Part shown: in pieces, positions 13,117-25,266 of the stretch
Layout: every line of letters starts with the position of its first letter
Numbering within the stretch: the stretch's first letter is position 1
Assembly: GCA_965603825.1 (NCBI GenBank)
Contig: CBFDEM010000034.1
Location: 310,001 to 374,000 of the forward strand
Direction of reading: 5' to 3'
Source of the DNA: Blepharisma stoltei ATCC 30299
Taxonomy: Eukaryota; Protista; Ciliophora
Length of the DNA: 64,000 bases
Program-made: the position numbers and the translations under genes
Notes under the pieces: model-generated
Told to the model about the DNA's origin: nothing
Database searches by the model: none
What the model saw: only the letters and a program-made list of their open reading frames with translations

Positions 13117-16100
13117 ATGATTTATGTCCTCTTTTTATTTGTTTCTGCTTCACAAGCTTTACACCTTAAAAAGAGCTTAGGAGATATCTATCTTTCTCAA
13201 AACGAAGTGCATGAGCTTGCCTTATCCGACTTCTTTGTTGGCAACAACCTAACATATCAAATTCTGTCAACAAATTCAGAAAAAGACGAAATATATTTGG
13301 AAAATAAGATGAATTTAGAATTATTATCATTTAGCCCATACCCTCCTCAACGGAATCAAAACTTAACCACCTCCCCAAGTCAAAAATCATATACAGTTTT
13401 AACTTATTTCTCCCACCAAATTTTGTGTGATTTTTATGAAAATAATATTTACCTATATAATTTCTCAGAATGCTCCAACGATTTTTCGCTTATTTGGTAT
13501 GGAGAGATAAAAACTGAATATAAATTTTCACAAATAAAAAGTGTCCTAGGTATATGTCAGAGTTTTAAAACTAAATACCTTCTTCTTATTCAATTGCAGC
13601 AGCAAGAAATAATTGATGGTAACTCAGTATGGAGAAATGATTTTTATATAATGGATTTGACCGATATTTTAAAAATTTCAGAACCCCTTTTAATAAATTT
13701 GAGCGATTTGACTTATGCAAATAATATAATCATGACTGCACCAGAGAATAGGCAAATAGTTAGTATTTATGCTGAATTTCCAGATAATAAAAACGCAATA
13801 TTATTTTATAATTTTACAAATCCTTATAATCCTATTTGCATTCAAAATATCACTCAATATTTTACTACACCCAAAGAAATTCAGACTCTATCAGTTAAAA
13901 GTATATTGGCTTCTCAAATTCATTTTTTTGTTCTCGATTCAAATATTGGCCTTATAATTTATTCATGCAGGTCTCGTAGTCAATGCATCGAAAAATCTTT
14001 TATTGATCTTCGATCTGCAGGAGATATAAAATCAATGTGATATCTGTGTGGTCCTTCTAAAAGCAATGAAGCTATTAATATTATGACTAATAAAGGAAAT
14101 ATTTTGATTGCTTTAATTGGAGATATAAAACACTGAGTCCCAGCATATAAAAATAATGGATTTGTTTATAGTCCTACTTTTGCTCAATATGTAGATAATT
14201 TTTATTTTATTCAATATGGGATATCAGACAAGTCGATTTTTAATATTTATAAAAATAGCAATTTTGAGAATGCGCTATATCAGGTTGATATAGGAAAAAT
14301 GATTGGAAAATATTATAATCAAAATGGTTCTTGGATGGTAACTCAAAGACCTATTAGTAAATTGATAGCATACTTTAGGTCTGATTTTGACGGGATAAGA
14401 GTCTTCGAATTAAAGATTAGTCCTTATTCTCTTAAAGTAAAAGGAAATTCCAATTTTAAAGCAGAAATCATTGCATATGAAAATAATAATGGAAGCTTAA
14501 ATTCAGTTTCAAGTATTATAAATGTGATTTCAATCCCTGAAAATGCAAATGAAATTTATTTATTAAATGATTATAGACCTGCTACAATTTCACCTATAAA
14601 TGTGCTTGTGGATAGACATAAATCAGAAATATTTTTATATCCAGTTAATTATTTTTCTGGGCCAAACCTAAATTTCAAAGTAACAACTCCAGATTCTAAA
14701 TTTTTTACCTTTGAGGCAAGTCAAATTGAAAAGTTAAAATATATCGATAATCAAACACTCCCTAAAGATATTGAGAAGGTTGAGATCAGTAACGACTTAG
14801 TATATTTTTTTAAAGATCACATAGATGTTAGATCTTTAATCATTAATGTTACAAATCCAATAAAAGTTTTTGAAGATGGAAGCGGGGCTATTATTTATTG
14901 AAAGACAGAAGAATTTACTCCTATGATAACATATTATAGCTATTCTCAGTTTATAATTATCCAGACATGGGAGCCAGCAGCTGAGTGCAAAATTTTTAAA
15001 AAGAAAAAGATGGTTAATCAATTGATATGCTCTGATGGAGAAATAATAGATATTTATTATGAAAATCAAGAACTTTGGGAAAGACGAATTCTGTTATCAG
15101 GAAACGATTTCGAAGGGAATTTTACATGAAATTTGAGCGATATAGAAATGTGCTCATTTGCACCAAATGAGCAGATTAATAATTATCTGTATTTAGCTGA
15201 CAAAGACAAAGGGCTCCTTGTTATCGATCTTTGGGGATTATCAAGCTTGCCATTTCCTTATTTTATTTCAGATATCTCTTTGACTGGCATTTTGAAAATG
15301 TTTTCTACCTTAGAAGATATTATTTTTATTCGAGAAAATTACTCAATAAACATTTTTGCAGGTCCATTAAGCTATAAAAGAAAAATTCAGATAGAAAATA
15401 GCGGAACTTTTACTAGAGCTGAAATATATAGGAATATAATTCTGTTGCAACTTGATGAAACATTATTTGCTATTAATATAGATGCCCCAGTGCAGAATGC
15501 CCTCTATTTTGAAAAGAAAATTAAGCCTCAAAGTTATATTTTATTAAATAGTAACTGGAGGCCTGAAAAAACTCTTGATAAGCAATTTCTACATTTATTT
15601 TATTTAAACTCAACTGAAAAATATTATGAAACTTATTTGATGCATTGTCCAGGTGAAGCACAAGATCTCTTAAACACAAAGCTTAGTAATGAGATATCAA
15701 TTCAAGTTAAAAATCCTCAAACATTAGTTAAGCAGATTTATTCTGCTGAGATTACCTTAGCTGCAGATAATAGCTTCAAACACTCAAGTATTAATTTGCC
15801 ATTGAATTTAATAGTAAATGGAGCATTTGCGTGGTTTGAGCCACATAATTGAAATATTAAACGAACAGTAAACTATGATGATCATTATGAAATTGACTTA
15901 AATAATGCATTTTTTGGTCAAAATCTGGATTTTAGCTTAAATATTAATGGGCAATACATAAATAATTCTCAATCTAGCACTTTCCCTGCCACTATTACTC
16001 AAAAAATTGAGATGATTGATTTTTATAGTTCACAGACTACTTTATTCCATCAAGCTTTAATTCCAAATACTAGCATAAGAATTTTCACATCAGCTGAAGG

Positions 16101-17412
16101 ATTTATTATTTTAAATTCCTTAGGTTTCCAAAGATCTCTTAATTTTTCAAATTACTCCTTCAATAATCTAAAATGCAGTTTAATAGACGTATTAAATTTC
16201 ACAAAAAACAATACTGCACTTCTTGCGACTTCTTGCACTTCTCAAACTAATGATTTTTCAAATACTGAAGATAGCCCATCAAAGATAAATTTATTGGTTT
16301 TATGAGAATTTGACTATATTTCTTCTTCTATGAACATATTTACTTTTTTACAAATTTCATATAATCCGTGGTATCTTAAAATAATTCCTTTAAATAAAAC
16401 AGACTTTGAAATAATGACTGTTCAGAAATATTCATATTATCAAATAACGCAGATGCTACATTTTCGTGGAAAGTGAACTGCTGATAGAATTGATATTAAG
16501 CAAATTGGATCAATTGATGCCATTTCATTGAATTTGCCTTCTTTTACCTCTATATTTTTTGATGGATTTTCTGAAAATTCAGAAAATACAGTATGGTTTA
16601 TTCTTGACAACAGCTATGGGATAAGAATTTTGAAAGCATCAAGCAAAGGCTTAGAAATCATAGATGGAATTTCTCATGACCAAACCGGCAATTATTTTTC
16701 CATTGGACTGTGTGGTGATTATTTATATGCATTAAAATTATCTAATACTTTACAGAAAATTTTGATAAAAGACTTAACCAATTTGAAAATAATAGAAACA
16801 TTCTATTATGATAATAAATACTTACCACAGCACACCCGCATATCTTGCTCAGAGGATGGAAAATATATAAGCTCTATTCACAACCTTGATGGTTCTACCC
16901 AAATCCTTAGAATTTATGACACATCTGCAAAAAGTAGCTCTTTTATTTTAGCAGATATAAAAATATGCAATTGTCGCCAATCTTTATATGTGCCAGAATA
17001 TATTTTTTTGAATTCGAATTCCATTTCAATTATTGAATGCGCTCCTGGGAGAAATGTTGCAACATTTAAAATAAATCCAAGTGTCCTAAAAATACCAAAA
17101 CTGAATTCAAGTGAATATGAAACAATTATTGATGAGTGAGGAACAAATAGTTTTGATATTTTTATTACTGCAAAAAATGATAATAATGAGGTCAATTCTT
17201 CAACAGTAAGAATTGAGAGGGGAATTGCAGAGAAATATAAAGAAAGCCAAAATAAAGAGATGTGGTTGATTTGGCTGATTGTTGCTACTGCAGTTACGCT
17301 GACAGGTGCTATGAGCTTCATTTTTATGAAAAATTTGATACTAAAAACGAAGCATAAAACTTTAGAAAATCAAGCTTTGGTTTTGATGACTATAAAAGAA
17401 AATCAGGTATAA
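13117..17412 (+). CDS. Large type-I membrane/surface protein (~1431 aa), beta-rich ectodomain
   Basis: Six ORF pieces share one frame joined by 8 TGA; signal peptide MIYVLFLFVSASQA; C-terminal TM 'MWLIWLIVATAVTLTGAMSFIFM'; recurring F-x-G-x-N-L motif; ends TAA. Confidence 0.85.
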
Positions 17413-17729
17413 GAATAATTCTTCAATATTTAGATTAAGTTTTTTCTAATTTTCATTAACATTATTAAATATCATAGTCTTTTCAATGCCAACTATAAAT
17501 TTCTCTGCATATTTCTTTACATTTTGTGTTTATTGATATTAACCTGCCAGCGTTTTTAAAACAATTCTAATAAAATATTGTACCTTGTATGATATCACCA
17601 GTAGAATTCGCATAATGGTGATCAAAAATGTGAAAGGCACAATAATAGAAATTAGTCATTAATTTCTATACAAATAACAGTAATTTTTGACAAAAACTAA
17701 TCAAAATTATTTTGTAAAGTAATTTTTTA

Positions 17730-17948
17730 ATGGAAGACGAATATAAGAACGACGACGAAATTCCATGCACAGAAGGATTCTTTTCATCAATTTGGAATTA
17801 TGCTTTTTATTGGATGATTCGGCCAAGCTTTAGAGGAATCATATTTGGTTTAGGACTCTTTTTTGCATTAAAAGTTTGTTGCCCTTATCTATGCAATCGG
17901 TATAAAATCTCTTACAATTTGCAAAGCACATTAACCAAGGATATCTAA
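17730..17948 (+). CDS. Small single-TM protein (72 aa)
   Basis: ATG..TAA; acidic N-terminus; Gly-rich TM 'PSFRGIIFGLGLFFA'. Confidence 0.6.
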   Translation: MEDEYKNDDEIPCTEGFFSSIWNYAFYWMIRPSFRGIIFGLGLFFALKVCCPYLCNRYKISYNLQSTLTKDI

Positions 17949-18107
17949 TAAAAACACTAACTAGCCTCGCTTATAGATAATTTAGTTAGCTTGAATTTGT
18001 GGCTAATTTTTCCATAAATTAAATTTCCTTAAAATTCCACAGAGTAAGGAAATTCTTTTATAATTCAATCTAATTCTTAAATAATCTTTCTTTATAAAAA
18101 CATTGAA

Positions 18108-18463
18108 ATGGTTTCACAGGTAACTCTCAACTCAGGCCAAAAAGACAGATTACACACAAAACCTTATCCTCTGCATTGAAGAGCTAAAAACAAACCGTGA
18201 CTGTTTTAATAAGCAAATCGAAGAAATTTCCAATGAAAAACTTGAAATAGAAAAAGAGCTTGAAAGACTTAATCGAGAACTTGACAAAGTTAACGGTAAG
18301 AAATATTAAAGAAGGTTTAAGCAAAAAAATTGAAGCAAAAAGTGGGTTTGATAAAGCAATTGAAGAGACTGAAAGCGCTTATAAGAAAATTTTAGAGACT
18401 TCGCAGACATTGCTACATGTGCTAAAAAGAGAAAAAATGTCACTAAAAAGTGAGCAGGATTAG
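18108..18463 (+). CDS. SSNA1: SSNA1/DIP13/NA14 microtubule-binding coiled-coil protein, two 16-nt introns
   Basis: Spliced product [22 protein letters not shown]…[29 protein letters not shown] matches SSNA1 family motifs (CIEEL; ETEAAYxKILESSQTLL). Confidence 0.9.
18120..18135 (+). other. 16-nt intron
   Basis: GTAACTCTCAACTCAG; required for the SSNA1 frame. Confidence 0.8.
18296..18311 (+). other. 16-nt intron (AAG acceptor)
   Basis: GTAAGAAATATTAAAG; required for the SSNA1 frame. Confidence 0.82.
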
Positions 18464-18573
18464 CATAAATATATCATAAATTATTTAAATCTTGTTTATG
18501 ATTAGATTAATTAATATAAAAATATTAGAATATAAATATAGCTAAAAATAAAACACCTATTTTTGATATAAAA

Positions 18574-19077
18574 ATGTCAAGAAAATTGGCAGAAGTAACC
18601 TCAAAGAAAGCTCCTCAAAAGCCTGTAGTTGAGATTCGTATGACAGAAGATGAAATAAAAGACTGTAAAGAAGCTTTTGATATTTTTGATAGTGATATCT
18701 CAGGCACTATCAACCCGAAAGAAGTCCAAGCTGCTATAAATTCACTTGGAGATGATCGAACCAATACCATTTTCAGACTTTTAGCTGGAATTGAAGAATT
18801 GGGTGCAGAAATTGATTTTGATGCATTTCTGGCTCATATTAATGAGAGACTAGGCCATAGGAATTCAAAAGAAGGAATTCAAAGAATTATGGATCTTTTT
18901 GATTCTGAAGGAACTGGGACAATTACAGTTAAAAATCTTGCAAGAGTTTCAAGGGAGCTGGGGGAAAGCATGACTGTTGAGGAGCTGACTGAAGCTATTG
19001 AAAAAGTCTCAACAAAGGGAGCAGAGCTCACCTTTGATGACTTTTATAAAGTTATGACTAAGAAAATATATGGATAA
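18574..19077 (+). CDS. Centrin-family EF-hand protein
   Basis: 'KEAFDIFDSDISGTINPKE', 'LFDSEGTGTITVKNLARVSRELGESMT', C-terminal 'FYKVMTKK' typical of ciliate centrins. Confidence 0.87.
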   Translation: MSRKLAEVTSKKAPQKPVVEIRMTEDEIKDCKEAFDIFDSDISGTINPKEVQAAINSLGDDRTNTIFRLLAGIEELGAEIDFDAFLAHINERLGHRNSKEGIQRIMDLFDSEGTGTITVKNLARVSRELGESMTVEELTEAIEKVSTKGAELTFDDFYKVMTKKIYG

Positions 19078-19201
19078 TTATTAAATGGAAAAAAATTATT
19101 AATTTTATATACTAAAATATAAATTTATTACTAAAAACTGCAGCTAAATATTTTAAATATAATTCTTATAAAGCTATTAATTATTTAAATAATCTTCTTC
19201 T

Positions 19202-19834
19202 CTATTCTATATGGGTTTGGATTCTGCTTATCAATCTCTGATAAAACAAGTATCTTATATTATTGATTTCATTTGACACATCTTGAGGGATATCTACTTT
19301 TGGATCAAAAAACTGCATTCCAATAAAATGAGTCATAGACTTATTATTAAATATTGGGCGTGCTAAATGAATTCCTTGCTTTAAATTGCCTCTTTGGTAT
19401 CTTGACTGTGGGATATGGGCATAATCTTCTGCATTGGTGATTCCCATAGCCCAAGCTCCATCAGTTAATTCAAATCTTGTGATAAAATTTAATATTTCTC
19501 TTGGCTGCTCAGCTGGGTAGAAATTTGTTATTTCAGATATTAGTCTAGCATTGCTATTATAAGTTCTGACTGTATTTGAGGATAAAATTAAGCTTCCCAT
19601 GTCACAGTGTAACTCGCTTCAATTTTCATAAATATAATCTATTACTTGCTTAGGGGATTTTTCAATAAATCCTTCAACCTTATACGCATCTATTGGATGG
19701 ACTTTTTTATTATAAGCTACACATCTGCCTGAGTTATGTACACCATCCCAAGCTGATGGATCATCGATTAAATCGATAGCTTCTACACAAGCATGACAGG
19801 CTACACTTGTAAGGGTTAAAAATTCTTTTTCCAT
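19202..19834 (-). CDS. START/Bet v1-like lipid-binding domain protein
   Basis: Two ORF pieces joined by TGA (19619-19621); 'AYKVEGFIEKSPKQVIDYI', 'PREILNF', 'DPKVDIPQ' resemble START motifs. Confidence 0.65.
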
Positions 19835-20187
19835 ATAAAATGTTTATAATGAAATTCGTATGGGCGAAAATAACATAGCCTTTTTAAAAGCTCTTGCTTG
19901 TTTTAGCATTCATTGAATATTTATATAAATCTTTATTTAATTTAAATAAAAATATAATAGAAGAAGATCAATCTAAGCAGAAATAGAAACAAAAGCAAAG
20001 TAATTGCCCTTTTTATACTGAAAGCTATCAGAAACTATGTCGAATTATGATAAGTAAATTAAGTTATAATAGAAAGAGAACAATTTCTAGAGTAATTAAA
20101 AGTTAATTTTCAAAAAATATAAATTTATATATTCCGATACTAATTACAGTTAATTTTAAGGCTCAAGTGATTTTTTGAACGACTAAT

Positions 20188-21456
20188 TTATCGACTTTTA
20201 GGGAAATATTGCAGCAATATCCCAGCATTTTTATTTTTAGCTTTTGGGCATCTCAAAGATCGGCAAGTTCAGTACCATGCTGTCAAAAAAACACCTAAAA
20301 TCCCCATAATCAAGCAGCTGTTTGCAAATCCGCTTATTTCTACAAAAATTCCTGCTACAAGTGGGCCAATTATTTCTCCCAGGCTTACACTCATGTTAAA
20401 AAGTCCTGATAAAGCATCATAAATATTTGTTTTTTCTGCAATTTTAATATCATCAGCTTCATCTAGCATAAAAGGTAGCGGGGTAACATATCCTAATGAT
20501 CCACCAAAAGCAATTAAGCACATTCCAATAATAGGTAAAATTGAAGCTGACCCTAAAATCCATTCCCACGGTCCAATCATCAGCAGACCGATAATAGTTG
20601 TAAAAATACTTGCAATCATCAAATAAAATTTGTTTGATCGTTCTAATATAAAAACTAACCAAAAGCTTCCCAAAGTATAAGCAAAGGTTGAAACTATAAA
20701 AACGTAACCAATTGCTGTCTCTGAGTATCCTTCAGATTTTAAAAACGGGCCAAGTGTAGGGTCGAAAAAATTATAAACAATCGTAGAATATAATGCTACA
20801 GAAATATCCAGCAAAATATTTTTCCTTTTCAGTAAACTTCTGCTTTTGAAATCTTCCTCAATTTCTGACAAGGTATTTTTATTAGATATAAAATACCATG
20901 CTCCTGGGATAGGGGTTAATAGCAACCCTGCAGATGCTATAAATATCCCAGAAAATCCAAATAAACTAAAACAAATCGACCCAAATGCAGGACCAAGCAT
21001 CAGCCCAAGTCCTGAAAAAACCTCAAAAATCGAGATGTTTCGTTCCCTATCTTTTTCATAATCATTTGCAATGATGGAGAAGCCTGCAATATAAACTGCC
21101 GACATCCCAATTCCTCCAATAGCTCTAGAGATTAAGCTTCATATAGTGAAGAGTTTTATATCAAAATTGGGAATAAATGCAAGGATAATAAGAGATAAGG
21201 CCTATATAAAAATTACTCCTAAGATTATGCCACCGATTAGTGTGTTTTTTCTGCCAATAAATGAGAGGTTTTCTCCAATAGTAGTTGTAAAAAGGCAGCC
21301 ACTGACTGGCATCATTGTGAAAACTATTCCAAGCATTCAATTGGACATACCTTTGTCTTCTGCTATTATAGGGTAAAATGGAGCTATTACTGTGTATATC
21401 AAATTAATTGCAAGTCCTGACGAAAAGATAGTAAGTAAAGCATAGTCAAAAGCCAT
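20188..21456 (-). CDS. MFS transporter (SLC18B1-like), one intron
   Basis: MFS motifs 'IGRKNTL', 'RAIGGIG', 'GLGLMLGPAFG', 'LGEIIGPLVAG'; intron 21202-21216; three in-frame TGA; TAA at 20188-20190. Confidence 0.9.
21202..21216 (-). other. 15-nt intron
   Basis: GTAATTTTTATATAG, carries in-frame TAG. Confidence 0.88.
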
Positions 21457-22201
21457 CTTTTGGGTCAAGATTTTTTTATTAGATGTCTTGTATATTATAA
21501 TAAGAATAAATTTAGATCCATTTAAAACTCTCCTTTGGGATAAAATAGCCAGAGTAGTCATAGAAGTGACTAATCATGTGAAATTTAAAGAAGCTGATAA
21601 TTTACTTTGTAATTAAAATGGTGTCATATATATTTAATTCTATCAATTAAGTTTTAACAGTTAGGAAGACGAAGCAAAATTATGTAAGCTATTATGGAGC
21701 GTTTAGAGCTTATCAAGCTTATTTTCAAGGTTGTACCTTATCGGATAGATGGGAAAAGGAGTTGGAAGGGTCAAATAAGCAGTTCCTTGGACACCCAATA
21801 GTTAAATAGGATATTTTTCAAGAGAGACACTAGGCATTATGCTCTGAGATTTCATCTTAGCCAAAAGTTGGCCATCAAATTTTTAATTGGAAGCCACTGA
21901 CATAATACGATTACTTAAGGGAGGAATGAATGCTTTTATCAAGAGTAAGCTATGTTTAATACTGGATAGAGAAGCTTATCGCACTAGCCCACGCAGGTTT
22001 ACAGGGCCAGAATTTCTTCTGGTAACTTGATTCGTGAGATCAAACCTTAAGCCTAAATGAAAAGGAATTTCCAGTGAAAATCGATATATATTACAGTTCA
22101 GAGAAAAATTGAATATAAATTGAAATAATATTATGAATTTTAAAAGACCCCAATAGTAACTTCTCGAAAACCTGACTAAATGAGGATAATTTACTTAGCA
22201 C

Positions 22202-22777
22202 TTATAGAACTTCTCTAGCTGTCATGGGCTTTCTTGACAATATTTTTGCAATTAAATCTGACACTTCACTGTCTTGCACGAGTTTATTTTTTCTTGAGCA
22301 TCCCCTAGAACTTCTACTTATATTTTCTTTTAAATAGCTCCTTCTCTGCTCTTCTTCATTCCATTTTTCAATTGAATACGCACTTTCAGCTCTTTTTAGC
22401 CTTTTAAAAAACGTCTAATTGGTTTTTACTTTATTTTCGCTAGAAATTCGGTTTAAATTTCTATTCCTCCTAGCTGAATTTGAGCTATTCACTCTAGCAG
22501 TTTTAGGTAAGCAGTTTATTGGGTTTAAAGCCGAAGGCTTACTATCAATTTTGTACATTTTATCCAGGAGAATCTGATTTTGATGCTCAATTTCGTCATT
22601 TCGGTCCTTAAGAATATGAAGCCGTTTAGAATTGAATTGAAGGCGAGGTACATCTTTAGGAGGTTTATGTGTGCTGATAACAGATTTCACGCTAGTAAGG
22701 GAACGATGATACCTCTGTGATTCTTTTTCCCTCAGAAAGTTTCCATGTGCCGTTTTTTGGGTCAACAAATTCCACAT
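22202..22777 (-). CDS. CFAP97/KIAA1430-domain ciliary protein, one intron
   Basis: 'EIEHQNQILLDKM' and, after splicing 22415-22429, 'ISSENKTFLKRLKRAESAYSIEKW' match the family's paired I-x-x-[EQ]-N motifs. Confidence 0.7.
22415..22429 (-). other. 15-nt intron
   Basis: GTAAAAACCAATTAG, carries in-frame TAG. Confidence 0.85.
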
Positions 22778-23017
22778 ATAAAAGCAATAATTAAAATTTC
22801 AAGCAAGAGATGATAAATAATCGTCAGTTAAATTATGAAAAATAATTTAAATATTTTCGAAATTTATTCCTATTAATAATTTAAGCTAAATATTATAGGA
22901 AAAAGTTTCTCTTTTATTTATTTAAATAACTTTTAGTAAACTGTTTACATTTTAGCTTTAAAAACTGATAGCATACGTAAATAATAAGGTCCTCACTGAT
23001 CCCAATATTTTCAAATC

Positions 23018-24769
23018 ATGGCAACTAAGTCGAGCAGAAATCTGGAGGAACCTGAATCAAGCACTACAGTTGAAGAAAAAGTAGTTAAAGTAAACGGCGA
23101 AGTTGCTATCAGACGCTACAATAAAGGCAGATTTCTAGGTAAAGGTGGCTTTGCAAGATGTTATGAGTTCACAAACCTCGAAACCCGAAAAATTACAGCA
23201 GCCAAAATAGTTTCAAAAGAATCCCTTAAAAAATCCCGTGCGAAACAAAAACTCATGTCCGAAATCAAAATCCACCGTGCCCTTCACCATGCAAATATTG
23301 TCGGATTTGAGCATTTCTTCGAAGACAATGAAAATGTGTACATTTTATTAGAACTCTGCACAAACCAAACCACAAATGAGCTGCTAAGGCGCAGAAAAAG
23401 ACTGACCGAGCTAGAGGTGCAGTGCTATCTGCATCAAGTTATATCTGCTTTGAAATATCTTCACTCACATAGGGTGATCCATAGAGACTTAAAATTGGGA
23501 AATTTCTTCTTATCAGACAAAATGGAAATAAAAATCGGAGATTTTGGCTTGGCGACGAAGCTTGAGTTTGATGGGGAAAGAAAAAGGACGATTTGTGGGA
23601 CACCTAACTATATAGCTCCAGAAGTATTGGATGGTAAACAAGGCCACTCATATGAAGTCGATATTTGGTCACTTGGAGTTATTGCGTATACTTTATTGGT
23701 AGGAAAGCCACCATTTGAGACATCTGATGTAAAAACTACTTATAGAAGAATCAGAATGAACGCTTATTCTTTCCCAGATCATGTACCTCTTAGCGAGCCT
23801 AGCAAAAGTTTAATTACAAGAATCCTCGTCAATGACCCAGCAAAGCGTCCGTCACTTGATGAAATTTTGGCTCATGAATTTTTCCATCAAGGCAACTCTA
23901 TCCCCAAATTAATGCCACCTTCTACATTAGCTTGTCCTCCAAGCGCTTCTTTTTTACGTCAGTTTACTTCACCTTCTGTAAGTGGCGGCTTATCTCAATC
24001 TTCTAATAGACTTACTGAAACAGTCCCTTCAGTCGCCTTAAAAAATACATCAGCAAGATCAGCTAGGCAAGAGCTTGTAAATACCGAAAGGGCCTCAAAA
24101 ATCCGTGAAGAGACAAAACAGATGCCTCCACTTACGAATGCTCCTGAACAAGGCATAGGAGCAGCTGGGCCTGAAGTTTGGGTTAAAAAATGGGTAGATT
24201 ATTCGTCAAAATATGGTCTTGGATATTTATTATCAAATGGGTCAACTGGGGTGTTTTTTAATGACGCTACAAAAATTATTTTAAGTCCTGCAGGGAATGC
24301 TTTTGAGTATATGGAAAGAAAAGGACCTGAAAAACAAGATGTAATTACGACGCATACGCTGACAGAATATCCAAAAGAACTTCAAAAAAAGGTTACTTTG
24401 TTGCAGCATTTTAGAAGCTATTTGGAAGGAGACGTTAAACAAGAAACGGGGATTGAAGGCGAAAATATGCCAGTTAGCAGGGTTTATGTGAAGAAATGAA
24501 TGAGGACGAGACATGCGATTATGTTTAGGCTTTCTAATAAAATTGTACAAGTAAATTTCCAAGATCATACTGAAATAATTTTGTCAAGTGAAACAAGAGT
24601 GGTAACTTATGTTAATAAAAGAGGAGAAAGAACAACCTATCCGCTAGCTACAGCACAAGAAAGTAGCAATCATGAAATGACTAAAAGGCTGAAATACACG
24701 AAAGATATTTTGACTCATATGCTAAATGCTCCGAATAGGCAAGGAGAAGAGCCGCCATTGGATAACTAA
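23018..24769 (+). CDS. PLK1: Polo-like kinase (kinase plus two polo boxes)
   Basis: GKGGFARC, HRDLKLGN, CGTPNYIAPE; PB1 'WVKKWVDYSSKYGLGY'; PB2 'VKK[TGA]MRTRHAIMFRLSN' with TGA at the conserved Trp. Confidence 0.97.
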
Positions 24770-25266
24770 TAATTCCTAATATTTACTAAATATAAAATTT
24801 ACCTAAGATTGGAAAATAAAAATTTCTAATATTAATTAAATATAAAATTTATCTAACGTTTGCAAATTTTTTATTAGATATAGATATTGGTGAAATAAAA
24901 TAGTGAAATTTGGTTCCTTTAAAGCTCTTAAAAAATATTTCTTAAAGCTTTGATTTATTAAATTATATTTTAATTATATAGCTAAGTTTAATTTTCGTCT
25001 TCATTGTGCAAAAAACTTTTTAATTAAAAAAATTATAAGACTTAAACTTTATGTACAGTTAAAGCATTTAATGTTATTTTATTTTATTATTTCTTTAGAA
25101 TTTCAGAAAGTGTAAATCCTAAAATTTTTAAATATATTTTGCTGTCTTTTATCTTTCTTTTTAAAAACCTTCAGATGAGGAAATTCCATATTGTTTTTAT
25201 CTTTTGGATACTGAAACTAAAGTATCTTTTAAACTGATCTTTCTAGACTACCTATAATTATAATTT

